Below, one piece after another: positions 49,501 to 58,237 of a stretch of DNA of 64,000 nucleotides. Below the pieces are notes generated by a model that did not search any database, was not told where the DNA came from, and worked only from the letters and a program-made list of their open reading frames with translations. How positions within the stretch are numbered: the stretch's first letter is position 1; each line of letters begins with the position of its first letter. Origin of the DNA: Candidatus Micrarchaeota archaeon (GTDB lineage: Archaea; Micrarchaeota; Micrarchaeia; Norongarragalinales; SBBD01); the NCBI GenBank assembly GCA_018819225.1, contig JAHJQN010000004.1, forward strand, positions 224,001 through 288,000. The letters run 5' to 3'. The position numbers were made by a program, and so were the translations under genes.

Positions 49501-49956
49501 TATACGCATGAAGCCAGTATGGAAGGAGTGATGCAAACCAAATACGTGCAACTTAAAACCATGCAGGAAAAAGTGGCGGAAGAGTTAAACCTCATGCGAA
49601 AAATTCGGGCGGTCGACGTTCAAAACGCTGCGGAAAAAATCATTCTCTCGCATTTCCTGCCCGATCTCTACGGCAATCTGCGCAAATTTTCAAGACAGCA
49701 ATTCCGTTGCGTGGATTGCAGTGCGAAATACCGTCGGGTTCCGTTGCAAGGCAAGTGTCGGCGTTGTGGAGGAAAAATCCTGTTGACGATCAACAAAGGA
49801 GGCATCAAGAAATATTTGGAACTCTCCAAGACCCTAACGGACACCTATCAACTTCCGCTCTACCTCAAACAACGGCTCCTCCTGATCGAGAAAGAGATTG
49901 CAAGCATTTTTGAAGACGAACGTTCCAAGCAGTTTTCATTGGCGGATTATGCATGA
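46525..49956 (+). CDS. polC: DNA polymerase D large subunit DP2 (no intein)
   Basis: TEGVVSAPIEGI, GPIRGAGGT, GGFRLRYGR, MGRPEKAKER, RRNADGDE, RGGKMDAPL, C-terminal Zn fingers; ATG 46525 preferred over TTG 46423. Confidence 0.97.
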   Translation: MPVCSPAIQQYFDAIEAQFNDGLEKAQTARQKGLDPSTEVEIKPAKDLGARVEGLVGPVGIGKRIRELSEHPREQAAFVIAKEIVSGIIPIPVDTDNENERKEIFLEHAVRTGLAVFTEGVVSAPIEGITALKLKENADGTQYVAVYFSGPIRGAGGTGQAFTLLLADYCRKLLGISHYRATESEVERYVEESNLYAIKTRAGQYVPTEEEIRHIAQSCPVCITGDPTEDYEVNVNKDVPSVETNRVRGGLCLVLSEGICLKATKVLKLSKKAGLNWNWLEPLIKVTKTSAKQLEFKPIGKYIDEIVGGRPILAYPMRPGGFRLRYGRTRFTGIASKAIHPATMALLDGFIAVGTQLKIERPGKGCIATPCERIDGPIVKLKSGEVRAFSNVEEARAESSQVEEILWLGDLLVNYGDFYKANHPLVPSAWCNEWYQMELEEKGIRKSEKEIDEMDASQAFALSKQTGVPLAPKYTFFWHDLSVNELRELANGLVKGHLNFEWFDLKGYSLKHDETGMKTKKLLEKLCVPHRMDNQDIVIQKENAIAVLKTLGILQEKNLSMEYFMNAYSDTKEVMGIVNETAGIPIKKKAGIYVGASMGRPEKAKERKMKPPVHALFPIGNWGGKMRSLLKASEQVRRREGAKIEVNVEVRACPVCGRRVLGSQCGTCNEPTKKHLICSKPTCQRLNAEEATECRHCKSPLRQHELLVIDFANELHKAMERMHAKPHEIKGVQGLISASKTPESLEKGVLRAKYQLSVFRDGTCRFDGTEIPLTHFVPREIGTPIEQLKRLGYTTDRHGKPLENENQVVELMPQDVVVSDYASEYFMRVAQFVDDLLTYHYGIPAYYHANRPEDMIGRLIVSIAPHTSAGILGRIIGVAPARGLMAHPYLHCACRRNADGDEISFILLMDALLNFSKQFLPATRGGKMDAPLVLTTILDPSEIDDEAHAMDTVSQYPLAFYRASENMAAPGEVPIETVRQRLNTPNQYENIQYTHEASMEGVMQTKYVQLKTMQEKVAEELNLMRKIRAVDVQNAAEKIILSHFLPDLYGNLRKFSRQQFRCVDCSAKYRRVPLQGKCRRCGGKILLTINKGGIKKYLELSKTLTDTYQLPLYLKQRLLLIEKEIASIFEDERSKQFSLADYA

Positions 49957-51185
49957 ACATGTTTAGATCCCTGGACATTCGAGGCCGGTACGCCATCGAG
50001 ATAACGGAAACGAATTTTACTCGTTTGGGCGCCGCCTTACCGCCCGGATTCAACCCGCTCATTGCCGGCAGCGATTATCGGCCGCATAACTCGGAATTGT
50101 TAAAGGCGTTGGCAGCCGGATACGGACAACCGATCCAATATGTCGGAAACGCGCCTTCTCCGGCCATCGCGTTCCTCAGTCCACATAACGGAATGGCCCT
50201 CACGGCGTCTCATAACCCAGCGAATTACAATGGAGTCAAGTTTTTCCAGCAACAGACCTACGTATCCGAATCGTTCATGGAGGCGTTGAGATCACGGTAC
50301 GGGCAAATAGCGACTCCGACCGTTCACCCGCCAAGAATCGAAAACGACATGGATCGCTTGAAAGAATACGAAAAACGATTACCCTCGTTCCAGCAAGGAA
50401 TCTATGATTTGGCCGGCGGCGCGGTATGCCGAATGAAACACCTCTTTCCTCACGCGTTATTCTCGGAGCCGGACCCGTTATTTGAAAAACACGATCCGGA
50501 GCCTAAGAATGAAACCTTGCAAATGCTCAAAGGGGCGACACGCTCGAAAAATCAAGTCGGGTTCGCATTCGATGGAGATGGCGATCGCGTCATGCTCGTG
50601 GATCAAGGTCACGTCATCGAAGGGGATATCACGGCCGCGTTTATCGCGAAACACTTGCTGTCAAAAAATGATCGCGTCGTGCTCAGCATCGATTGCCGGC
50701 AGGAAGTCTTCGAGATGCTGAAAAAAGAGAATCGTACGGTGATCACATCGAAGGTCGGGGATGCGAACGTACTGCGTTTGGCGCGGAAGCACCGCGCAAT
50801 ATTTTCCGCGGAACGCTCTGGACATTATTCCTTCTTGACCCATGCACCGAATTCGGACGGATTGTATGCGGCCGCCCGCTTATCCGATACGAGACCCGGT
50901 GAACTCGCCACGTTCGCTCAAACGTTTCGGAATGTAACCCTCAAAAAAGAAGTGAAAGGACGTTATGATTTTCAAGCCATGAGAGAGAAATTGGAGAAGA
51001 ACGTCATCGAACTGAACACGCTAGATGGTCTCAAAGCCGTTTTCGATGAGTTCACGGTTTTGATAAGAGCGTCCACCACCGAAACGAAAGTCCGCATCAA
51101 CTGCGAGGCCCCAAACGCGGAGCAAGCCAAGAAGGGAATGGCATTCGCCCTTCGCATCGTCACCGCGACGAAGAGAAAAGAATAA
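49953..51185 (+). CDS. Phosphomannomutase/phosphoglucomutase family protein
   Basis: DIRG, TASHNP, FDGDGDR, AERSGH, IRASTTE. Confidence 0.9.
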   Translation: MNMFRSLDIRGRYAIEITETNFTRLGAALPPGFNPLIAGSDYRPHNSELLKALAAGYGQPIQYVGNAPSPAIAFLSPHNGMALTASHNPANYNGVKFFQQQTYVSESFMEALRSRYGQIATPTVHPPRIENDMDRLKEYEKRLPSFQQGIYDLAGGAVCRMKHLFPHALFSEPDPLFEKHDPEPKNETLQMLKGATRSKNQVGFAFDGDGDRVMLVDQGHVIEGDITAAFIAKHLLSKNDRVVLSIDCRQEVFEMLKKENRTVITSKVGDANVLRLARKHRAIFSAERSGHYSFLTHAPNSDGLYAAARLSDTRPGELATFAQTFRNVTLKKEVKGRYDFQAMREKLEKNVIELNTLDGLKAVFDEFTVLIRASTTETKVRINCEAPNAEQAKKGMAFALRIVTATKRKE

Positions 51186-51224
51186 GAAGGCGAAAAGCCT
51201 ATTCCGCGTTAGGGGTTCACCGGC

Positions 51225-51680
51225 ATGTATGCGCTACCCGTTTACGGAATACTGGACGTTTTCACCGATTTGAAGTTTGTTCTTCAAGTCATCGTTTTTT
51301 CGTACATTTTATTCTGGCTCTACATGACCTTTCGGGACGTTCAAGTGCTATTCGGACTCGGGGCCATTGTGGCGGCCTATTTTGTTCTTTTGAACCCCAT
51401 TTCCACGACCGTTTTACTCGTCTTGTTCTTCGCATTCGTGCTCATGGGAATGCACTTCCAAATGTTGTTCCAATTCGGATTATTCCCCTTGCTCCGGTTC
51501 TTTGGAGTGGAAATGGAGCATCCCGAAATGGTGGAGCAACAAAAAATGCAGAAAATTGAACAGAAGTTGATGCACGGCCAAGAACTCTCTGCCGATGAAG
51601 TGTCGTTCCTGGAAAAGAGCCAGAGAAAACAAATGGATTACCAGAAGAATATGCAGCAATACATGAGGCCGCCCACATGA
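51225..51680 (+). CDS. Hypothetical membrane protein with Gln/Met-rich tail
   Basis: Three to four TM segments; overlaps next ORF (ATGA). Confidence 0.75.
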   Translation: MYALPVYGILDVFTDLKFVLQVIVFSYILFWLYMTFRDVQVLFGLGAIVAAYFVLLNPISTTVLLVLFFAFVLMGMHFQMLFQFGLFPLLRFFGVEMEHPEMVEQQKMQKIEQKLMHGQELSADEVSFLEKSQRKQMDYQKNMQQYMRPPT

Positions 51681-51952
51681 TCCAATCAATAATCGCCGCC
51701 GGCTTTCTGGAATGGATCCAGTACTTATGGTGGTTGTGGTTGTTCATCGTGGCATGGTTCTTCTACAACTGGGCCCGAGAACATCTAGCGTTCTCGCCGA
51801 TATTGACTCTCGCAGTGGCCGCCATATTGATTTTTTATTTGGTGATCGAACACCCCATTTTCGGCTCGATGACCTTGCTGGGGTGGACCTTATTATCCTC
51901 GGGAATCCTGTATTTATTGCCGTTATTCCTCCCGATGTTCAAAAAACGATGA
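51677..51952 (+). CDS. Hypothetical small membrane protein
   Basis: Three TM segments, Trp-rich. Confidence 0.75.
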   Translation: MIQSIIAAGFLEWIQYLWWLWLFIVAWFFYNWAREHLAFSPILTLAVAAILIFYLVIEHPIFGSMTLLGWTLLSSGILYLLPLFLPMFKKR

Positions 51953-51968
51953 TATCGAAGGTGATGAT

Positions 51969-52319
51969 ATGAGTTTCAAAGAGTTCGTGAAAGCGTATAA
52001 GTACATCCACAAAACCCGCGCGTCATGGTATCATCTGCAATGGAGATTGTTTGCGATCGTCGTCGCTGCCGCAGCCATCGGGCTCATCCACAATTACTTG
52101 TTCTTCAAGTTCAACATCTTCTTGCCCGAGTATGGCGCCTTCCTGGGCGAACGCTTCTTTTACTGGTTCATGCTCGGCATCCTCTTCGGAATCGTGACCG
52201 TGGCCGCTGTATTCGAAGGCGAATTCATGCTCGGCGTACGTCGCGTCGCAAAAGAAGTGGAATCCGAAGCCCGGCAGGAATTCAAGAAACCGATTCGAAA
52301 ACGCCGACAACGCAGGTAA
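51969..52319 (+). CDS. Hypothetical membrane protein
   Basis: Two TM segments, AGGTGA SD, basic C-terminus. Confidence 0.75.
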   Translation: MSFKEFVKAYKYIHKTRASWYHLQWRLFAIVVAAAAIGLIHNYLFFKFNIFLPEYGAFLGERFFYWFMLGILFGIVTVAAVFEGEFMLGVRRVAKEVESEARQEFKKPIRKRRQRR

Positions 52320-52414
52320 CGCGTTTTTAAAGAGCGAATCGCATAATAGGTTCAGAGAGGAGTGACCTCAAACCGCTGGTTCTTGCAAAAGAACCGGAAG
52401 GAGGAGATGCCCAT

Positions 52415-53578
52415 ATGGCCGTACAGTTTGAACTCGACGACGACAAGTTACTAGTCAAAGACCTCATTTCCGTGCAAGCCCTTGACCGCGGATACTTTGG
52501 AACCGATTTTCAAGGTAAAAAAAATTTGCTCGAACTCATTCCAGAGGAAGCCTTGTACCTGATGGACGTACGCAATGCGATCTGCCTGAAAAAAAAGCGA
52601 AAAATTTCATTTAACCAAGTCGCCCGAAGACACAACAAGGAAAAGAAGTTTCTGGCACGATACTTTTGTTACAAGGATTGGCGCGATCGCGGCATCATTG
52701 CCCGACGAATTGATCGCACGGACACCGAATACGGAAGAAGTCCCGTGGTCAAGTACCCATCGAAAGAATTCCTTCCACTACGCATCCACGCCAAGGCGAT
52801 GTTCTTCTCCGACGATCTCATGGCCATCATTGATGACGAAACCGAAGGTCAGCGGGTCTATGAAGAACGATGGTTCGGACAATACGGAACCTATAAAGCC
52901 AAAAAGCACGGCCGATTTTTGAAACTGGATGCGTACGAAACCTTGTTTCTCATCAAGCACGCCGGATTGAAAACCAATGTCAGTGAAACGCAATTGATTC
53001 GAGCCTGCCAAAAACGACGAAAAGACTTTCTCGCGCTCTATGAAGTGTTTGAAGACTGGCGTCTGCGTTCATTCGTACTCAAAACGGGTTTCAAGTTCGG
53101 AACGCATTTTCGCCTATATTTTCCGGGCGCATCCCCGAAACTAGGCAATGAAGAGTGGATGCATAGCAAGCACGTCATTCACGTGTTCCCTCGCGAAAAT
53201 AAGATGTTAATTAGCGAATGGGCCCGCGCCATACGGGTGGCACACGGCGTCAAAAAAACGTTTATTCTCGCGATACCGGGGGTGAAAACTGAAAAACCAG
53301 CGGAAGTCGATTTCTTGTTGTACCACCGCAAGAAAGGCGGCCTCATCGAAAACCCAAAACAGGATTCCCCGAAATTTGTTATGCTTGCTTTGAGCGAAGA
53401 AGAAGAAATTGGAGGAGAAGAATTGGCGCAAGCCATTGAAAAATCTAAGGGAATGGGGTTGGATCTCATGCTCGCGATCTGCGACCGAGAAACCGCCATA
53501 ACCTACTATCGAGTGAAGCGCGTCGAGCTCCCGAAAAGCAAGTACGAGTACTATGAGATTGAATGGAAGCAACCCTAA
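52415..53578 (+). CDS. endA: tRNA-intron endonuclease, probable epsilon2 (three-unit, ARMAN-type) family
   Basis: LELIPEEALYL, KTGFKFGTHFRLY (Tyr), HSKH (His), RVAHGVKK (Lys), ITYY; 387 aa; FGQYGTYK insertion. Confidence 0.9.
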   Translation: MAVQFELDDDKLLVKDLISVQALDRGYFGTDFQGKKNLLELIPEEALYLMDVRNAICLKKKRKISFNQVARRHNKEKKFLARYFCYKDWRDRGIIARRIDRTDTEYGRSPVVKYPSKEFLPLRIHAKAMFFSDDLMAIIDDETEGQRVYEERWFGQYGTYKAKKHGRFLKLDAYETLFLIKHAGLKTNVSETQLIRACQKRRKDFLALYEVFEDWRLRSFVLKTGFKFGTHFRLYFPGASPKLGNEEWMHSKHVIHVFPRENKMLISEWARAIRVAHGVKKTFILAIPGVKTEKPAEVDFLLYHRKKGGLIENPKQDSPKFVMLALSEEEEIGGEELAQAIEKSKGMGLDLMLAICDRETAITYYRVKRVELPKSKYEYYEIEWKQP

Positions 53579-53594
53579 TCCGAACGCATCCGAC

Positions 53595-54455
53595 TTACAT
53601 GCGTCTCGAGATGTAAAACCCTCCGATCAAAATGATGAGGACGCCTACGGCTTGCTCGACGGAAAGCCATTCATTGAACCAAACCATTGAAAAGAACGCC
53701 GTTATAACGGGGGCTAACATGAGGAACGTCGATGAAAGAGTCGCCCCCGCGGTTTCAATGGATTTGAGGATGAAAAAAGAGGAAAGGAACACGAAAAATC
53801 CTAACAGAACGATCCATTCGAATGCCTCGAACGGAAACGCCCATTGATTCCAAAGAATCGCTGCGAGTAACAGAAAAAGGGTGCCGAAGAGAACGCGACC
53901 CGCAATGATGAGTTGAATGGAGACGCGCTCATTCAATCGTTTAACATACACGTTCGTAAAACCCACGATTCCCCCGGAAATGACGACGAGTATATCGCCG
54001 AAATTCGGAATAAAGAATTGACCATTCGTGGAAACCAAGAACATGCCGATCACCATGACACCAAAAACAATCGCAAACGCTTTCGGAAGACGCTCTTTCA
54101 AGAAAAGATATCCGAACCAAGCGGTAAAGATGGCCACGAAAGCCTGTGAGAGACCTAAACTGACGGTAGAGGTCAACGTTAAGGCGTAGAGTTGGAGAAG
54201 AATCGTAATCCCCCCTGCAAGAATTCCAACCAGGATCAAATCCCGCCAGTCCGTTAACGTGAGACGGTGCACCGACGCATTCATCAAGAAGAGAGGAATC
54301 GATAGAATGGAGGCCACCAATGCCATGTACAACGAGATCGAAAAAAAGTCTGCTCCCGTTCGAAGAGCAAACCGCTGAATAATAAACGAAAAACCGAGGA
54401 AAAAAGAAGCCAGAAAGAGGTAAAATAATGTGCGGGAATTCACGAAAAATTTCAC
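53595..54455 (-). CDS. EamA/DMT family transporter
   Basis: About 10 TMs in two repeats; FLKERL, GDILV, APVITAFFS..WFNE. Confidence 0.88.
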   Translation of the reverse strand: MKFFVNSRTLFYLFLASFFLGFSFIIQRFALRTGADFFSISLYMALVASILSIPLFLMNASVHRLTLTDWRDLILVGILAGGITILLQLYALTLTSTVSLGLSQAFVAIFTAWFGYLFLKERLPKAFAIVFGVMVIGMFLVSTNGQFFIPNFGDILVVISGGIVGFTNVYVKRLNERVSIQLIIAGRVLFGTLFLLLAAILWNQWAFPFEAFEWIVLLGFFVFLSSFFILKSIETAGATLSSTFLMLAPVITAFFSMVWFNEWLSVEQAVGVLIILIGGFYISRRM

Positions 54456-54467
54456 CTCCCGAATGAA

Positions 54468-55823
54468 TTATTTCTCGTGACGCAAAGCGTTCATATGGTT
54501 CACGCGTTTTTGAACGAGCGCCGTAGTTCCAATGTCTTTCCGATGCGTGACCGGACCCTTGATACGTCGCACGGCTTCCTCCGCAATGCGTTCCGCATCT
54601 TCCAGCTTATCGGCAATGCCCACGCACGCGATGGCCCGAGAGGCGCCCATGCGCAACTGAAGGGCATCCGAACCATCCAAGGATTCCACGGAACCCAAAT
54701 AGACTTTCAGCTTCCCGCCCAATTCGTTCTCGTATGCACGAAGACTCGAAATATCGATGATTTCCCCTTTTTTGGGCTTCAACGGATACCCTTCCGGAAC
54801 CGCGTACTTGCATACCGTCGCTTTCTGCGCAAACTCAAGCTTTACGTCACGCAAACGCTCGTGCACGATCGCATCCATCACTTCCACAAAATCCGATTTA
54901 ATTAATGGAAGAATATTCATCACTTCCGGATCGCCGAAACGGACGTTGTACTCGATGAGCTTCACCCCTTCCACGGTCAACATGAACCCCCCGTACATAA
55001 TGCCCTTGAACCGAATCCCCGTCTCCTTGAAAATGGCTTCAGCCACCTCCTGCGTAATTCGTTTAGCGGTTTCCAAATCCGATGCTGAAACAAAAGGCAG
55101 CAAGTGGTTTTGCATGCTGTATGAACCCATACCGCCCGTATTCGGTCCCGTATCATCTTCAAACGCCCGCTTGTGATCCTGGGCAATCGGAGAGGGAATA
55201 ACGGTCTTGCCGTCCGTAAAGAATTGAACGCTAAACTCTTCACCCTCCAGTTTCTCCTCTAAAACCACTTTCGAACCCTGATCCAACAATTGTTGACAAT
55301 ACGTTTTGGCATCCTCGACGCCTTTCAAGTGATCGCCCAAAACCTTCACGCCCTTTCCACCCGTCAACCCGTCGGGTTTGACCACGAACTTTCCAAGGTC
55401 GATCAAATAATCTTCCACGCCGTCCATTGAATCAAACACGTGATACTCGAGGCTGCCTTCAATGTCGTATTTTTTTAATAGGTTTCGCATGAATGACTTG
55501 CTGCTTTCTAAACGAGCATTCGTTTTTAACGGACCCGCACACGGAACGCCCACTTCATTCAATGCGTCTACCACACCCGCAGCCAGGGGCGCTTCCGGAC
55601 TAATCACAGCCAGATCCGGCGTCACTTCCCGAGCGAATCGTTGAATGGCTTCCAGGTCATTGGCGCGTCCCACGACATGATTTTTTGAACGGGCAATCAC
55701 CGACGGATTCGCATGGGAAAGGTAACTGAATAGAGCCGTATTTTTACATCGGGAAATGGCTTCAGCCAAACAGTCCGCCCGAGCCGTACTGCCTAACGCA
55801 ATCAATAACACGTTCCTCGTCAT
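54468..55823 (-). CDS. purD: Phosphoribosylamine-glycine ligase
   Basis: PEAPLAAGVVD, LESSK, VVKPDGLTGGKGV, QDHKRAFEDDTGPNTGGMGSY, EYNVRFGDPE. Confidence 0.97.
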   Translation of the reverse strand: MTRNVLLIALGSTARADCLAEAISRCKNTALFSYLSHANPSVIARSKNHVVGRANDLEAIQRFAREVTPDLAVISPEAPLAAGVVDALNEVGVPCAGPLKTNARLESSKSFMRNLLKKYDIEGSLEYHVFDSMDGVEDYLIDLGKFVVKPDGLTGGKGVKVLGDHLKGVEDAKTYCQQLLDQGSKVVLEEKLEGEEFSVQFFTDGKTVIPSPIAQDHKRAFEDDTGPNTGGMGSYSMQNHLLPFVSASDLETAKRITQEVAEAIFKETGIRFKGIMYGGFMLTVEGVKLIEYNVRFGDPEVMNILPLIKSDFVEVMDAIVHERLRDVKLEFAQKATVCKYAVPEGYPLKPKKGEIIDISSLRAYENELGGKLKVYLGSVESLDGSDALQLRMGASRAIACVGIADKLEDAERIAEEAVRRIKGPVTHRKDIGTTALVQKRVNHMNALRHEK

Positions 55824-55852
55824 TCCAAATCCCCTCAACCCAAATCAACGAC

Positions 55853-56170
55853 TCAACTGAAAATGCTTCCAAAACCCGCTGCAGCCGATCCTTCATCGGA
55901 ATCCAGTTTCATCAACACCGTCTCGCGATCGCTTCCATCCAATACCTTGAGAGATTCAATAGGCTTCAATGCCTCCAACAATTTTTTTTCCCTCGCTCCA
56001 TCATCGCATTGAAAAACCAGTACGTAATTGCCGCCCTTCAAACCCAGACGATTGCTTTCTCGAAGCGTATACCCCACGCGACTGAACGAGTCAGCCCCAT
56101 ACGGATTCTCCTCGAGCAATTTCTTCAGGCTCTTGTAATCCGATCCTTCAACCAGGAAGACCCGCTTCAT
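55853..56170 (-). CDS. Hypothetical protein
   Basis: 105-aa ORF in operon-like spacing; SFSRVGYTLRE and terminal AAAGFGSIF. Confidence 0.7.
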   Translation of the reverse strand: MKRVFLVEGSDYKSLKKLLEENPYGADSFSRVGYTLRESNRLGLKGGNYVLVFQCDDGAREKKLLEALKPIESLKVLDGSDRETVLMKLDSDEGSAAAGFGSIFS

Positions 56171-56179
56171 AGTCCGTCA

Positions 56180-57130
56180 TCACGCTCGCTTCGATCTAAC
56201 AACGCGCTTGACCTTCACCAAACCCTTCTCCTGCAACATGACATGGTAAACGTGCAACACCGCAAGAATAACGGAGAGGGTATACAAGGGGCCGGTGATC
56301 ATCCCAAAACCTTGTTGTAACAAGACGCCGATTCCCGCCATTCCCACCGTTGACATGAAAACTCGAATACCCCAAAACAGTGCATTAGGAATAAGCAATA
56401 CGAGGGCAATGAGCACATAAACGGTTAGGCTGGCGCCCACGATTCGCGCGAACACCCCTAGTACCCGGCCCTGCGTCAACTTCCACGATACGGATAGTGC
56501 TTCGGAAACAGAGAGATCTTCATGCGCAAATGCGTACATGGAGAGACTCAAACGAACCGACATATAGTAAACAATAAGGAGGTACACGAACATCAACATG
56601 AAGCCCAAAAATAGGGTGAATAGGTTCCAGCTCCCCATACCAATTCCTAACAACATCGCGGACACAACGCCGAGCAATAAATACGTCTTGTCCCGCCAGC
56701 AAAAAACGGCTTGTAAAAAGGCAACGATGCCGACAAAAATAAATGAGAGGACTTTCCGCGGAGTCACATGAATGGCCGACAATTGTTTCTTTCGAAGACC
56801 GTACGTCATAATATACAAGGAAAGGTACGAAATGGCGAAATAATACAATAAGCCGATTAATACTCCAACGAAAAGAATGCCGAAAATGACTCCCACGAGT
56901 CCCGCCATATTAGAACCCGTAAAGAAATGCGTCCAATACGAGATATCCGAGAATAGCGCGACATGAATACCGATCGCAGCAGCAAACGCGAGAACGGCTC
57001 CGAACACCAAGCCGAACAAAAGAATTTGAGCCAGAATCAACGCCAAATAATACTTCCAGACCTCGATATCACGAATCCACGAAAACCCGAAACGGACGCT
57101 GTCCATCACATCCTGCAAGAAATCTCCCAT
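56180..57130 (-). CDS. Hypothetical polytopic membrane protein
   Basis: About 7 TMs; EALSVSWKLTQGR motif typical of GDPD-membrane-domain-like proteins. Confidence 0.75.
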   Translation of the reverse strand: MGDFLQDVMDSVRFGFSWIRDIEVWKYYLALILAQILLFGLVFGAVLAFAAAIGIHVALFSDISYWTHFFTGSNMAGLVGVIFGILFVGVLIGLLYYFAISYLSLYIMTYGLRKKQLSAIHVTPRKVLSFIFVGIVAFLQAVFCWRDKTYLLLGVVSAMLLGIGMGSWNLFTLFLGFMLMFVYLLIVYYMSVRLSLSMYAFAHEDLSVSEALSVSWKLTQGRVLGVFARIVGASLTVYVLIALVLLIPNALFWGIRVFMSTVGMAGIGVLLQQGFGMITGPLYTLSVILAVLHVYHVMLQEKGLVKVKRVVRSKRA

Positions 57131-57136
57131 AAACCC

Positions 57137-58237
57137 TCACCACCAATACGCGAGTTTTTTCAACCCCGTGATTTCAGACGTCCCCCTTCCCGCGTAATGA
57201 CGCCCCCTAAACTCGACGCGCGCTTCATTCGGGAACGCCGCATAATCGATATCGGCCGAGCGCACCTTCAAAGGACTTAACAACGTGACGCCCTTAATTA
57301 ATCTTTTCTTGGGTGCATGCAAAGCCGTCGCTTGAATGCGCAAATGACCATCCGGAGTCGAAGCCGAAATATGAGGTTTTCGTCGCACGTGACTCTCAGT
57401 ACTCGTCGCATCGCCAAACAAGTGAAAGGCCCCGCTCATCAAATCCACGACGTAGACTTGATAATTAATGGGTATCCGCGTCTTCTGCAGTTCAACAAAA
57501 AACTTCATGAGACCCACAAACTTCGGATTCCCCTTACCCAACGTCGGTACGCAATAGAAAATGTTCCAGTTCCATCCCGCCGAAAACAAGGGCAACGCAA
57601 TATGAACCATTTCCGTGTACGCAAACGGCGACTCCAACCACTTTCCATTAATGCATTCCAATTCCGGGGGCAGGCGAACCGAGTTCGGTTGTCCTTCAAT
57701 ATCTAAACGCATGCGGGCCTTCAACGGATATAATACCCAACTGGCGAGCACCTGATTAAACACCGTAAACACGCACCGATAATTCCCGATTTTGCGACGA
57801 ATCCGAGAGAAATCGTATTGAAACACCAGATCCGCCTTCTTTCGCTTGACCACGAACCGAACCTTCGACTGCAACGCATTGAATCGCCATCGCAGTTCCC
57901 GCTCGGAATCGGAAACGAGCGCTTCCCGGGGATAGAACCGGGATTTGCACGAACCCTCTCCAAACAACCACGTCTTTTTCCCGCTGCGAAGCTCATGAAA
58001 TAAATAATTTTGGTGTTCATCAAACGCCAGACCAATAAACGATTGAAGAACCTCTGCTCCAAAATAGCCGTACAACCAACCTCGCTCGAAAGCCGTTGAC
58101 GAACCCTGAAACAGTTTTTCCTTTGAAAAAAAGGAAGAGAACACGGCATGCTTGGGATCGTGCGGAGGCACGCGCCGCACCCCCCGCTTACGCCCATCAA
58201 AATAAAATTCGAAAATGTCTTGATTGCTTCCCTTCAT
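57137..58237 (-). CDS. Hypothetical beta-rich protein, AttH/CrtC-like fold suspected
   Basis: FERGWLY, AYTEMV, GWNWNIF, terminal GRHYAGRGTSE; overlaps the elp3 stop. Confidence 0.6.
   Translation of the reverse strand: MKGSNQDIFEFYFDGRKRGVRRVPPHDPKHAVFSSFFSKEKLFQGSSTAFERGWLYGYFGAEVLQSFIGLAFDEHQNYLFHELRSGKKTWLFGEGSCKSRFYPREALVSDSERELRWRFNALQSKVRFVVKRKKADLVFQYDFSRIRRKIGNYRCVFTVFNQVLASWVLYPLKARMRLDIEGQPNSVRLPPELECINGKWLESPFAYTEMVHIALPLFSAGWNWNIFYCVPTLGKGNPKFVGLMKFFVELQKTRIPINYQVYVVDLMSGAFHLFGDATSTESHVRRKPHISASTPDGHLRIQATALHAPKKRLIKGVTLLSPLKVRSADIDYAAFPNEARVEFRGRHYAGRGTSEITGLKKLAYWW

Noticed and set aside
46525-49956. Intein in PolD DP2
   Set aside because: Length is normal and the usual insertion site reads through without an insert.
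52354-52412. Fluoride (crcB) riboswitch-like look upstream of endA (stem followed by AAACCGC)
   Set aside because: Lacks the conserved GAUGG and CUGAUGAC elements, and the downstream gene is not fluoride-related.
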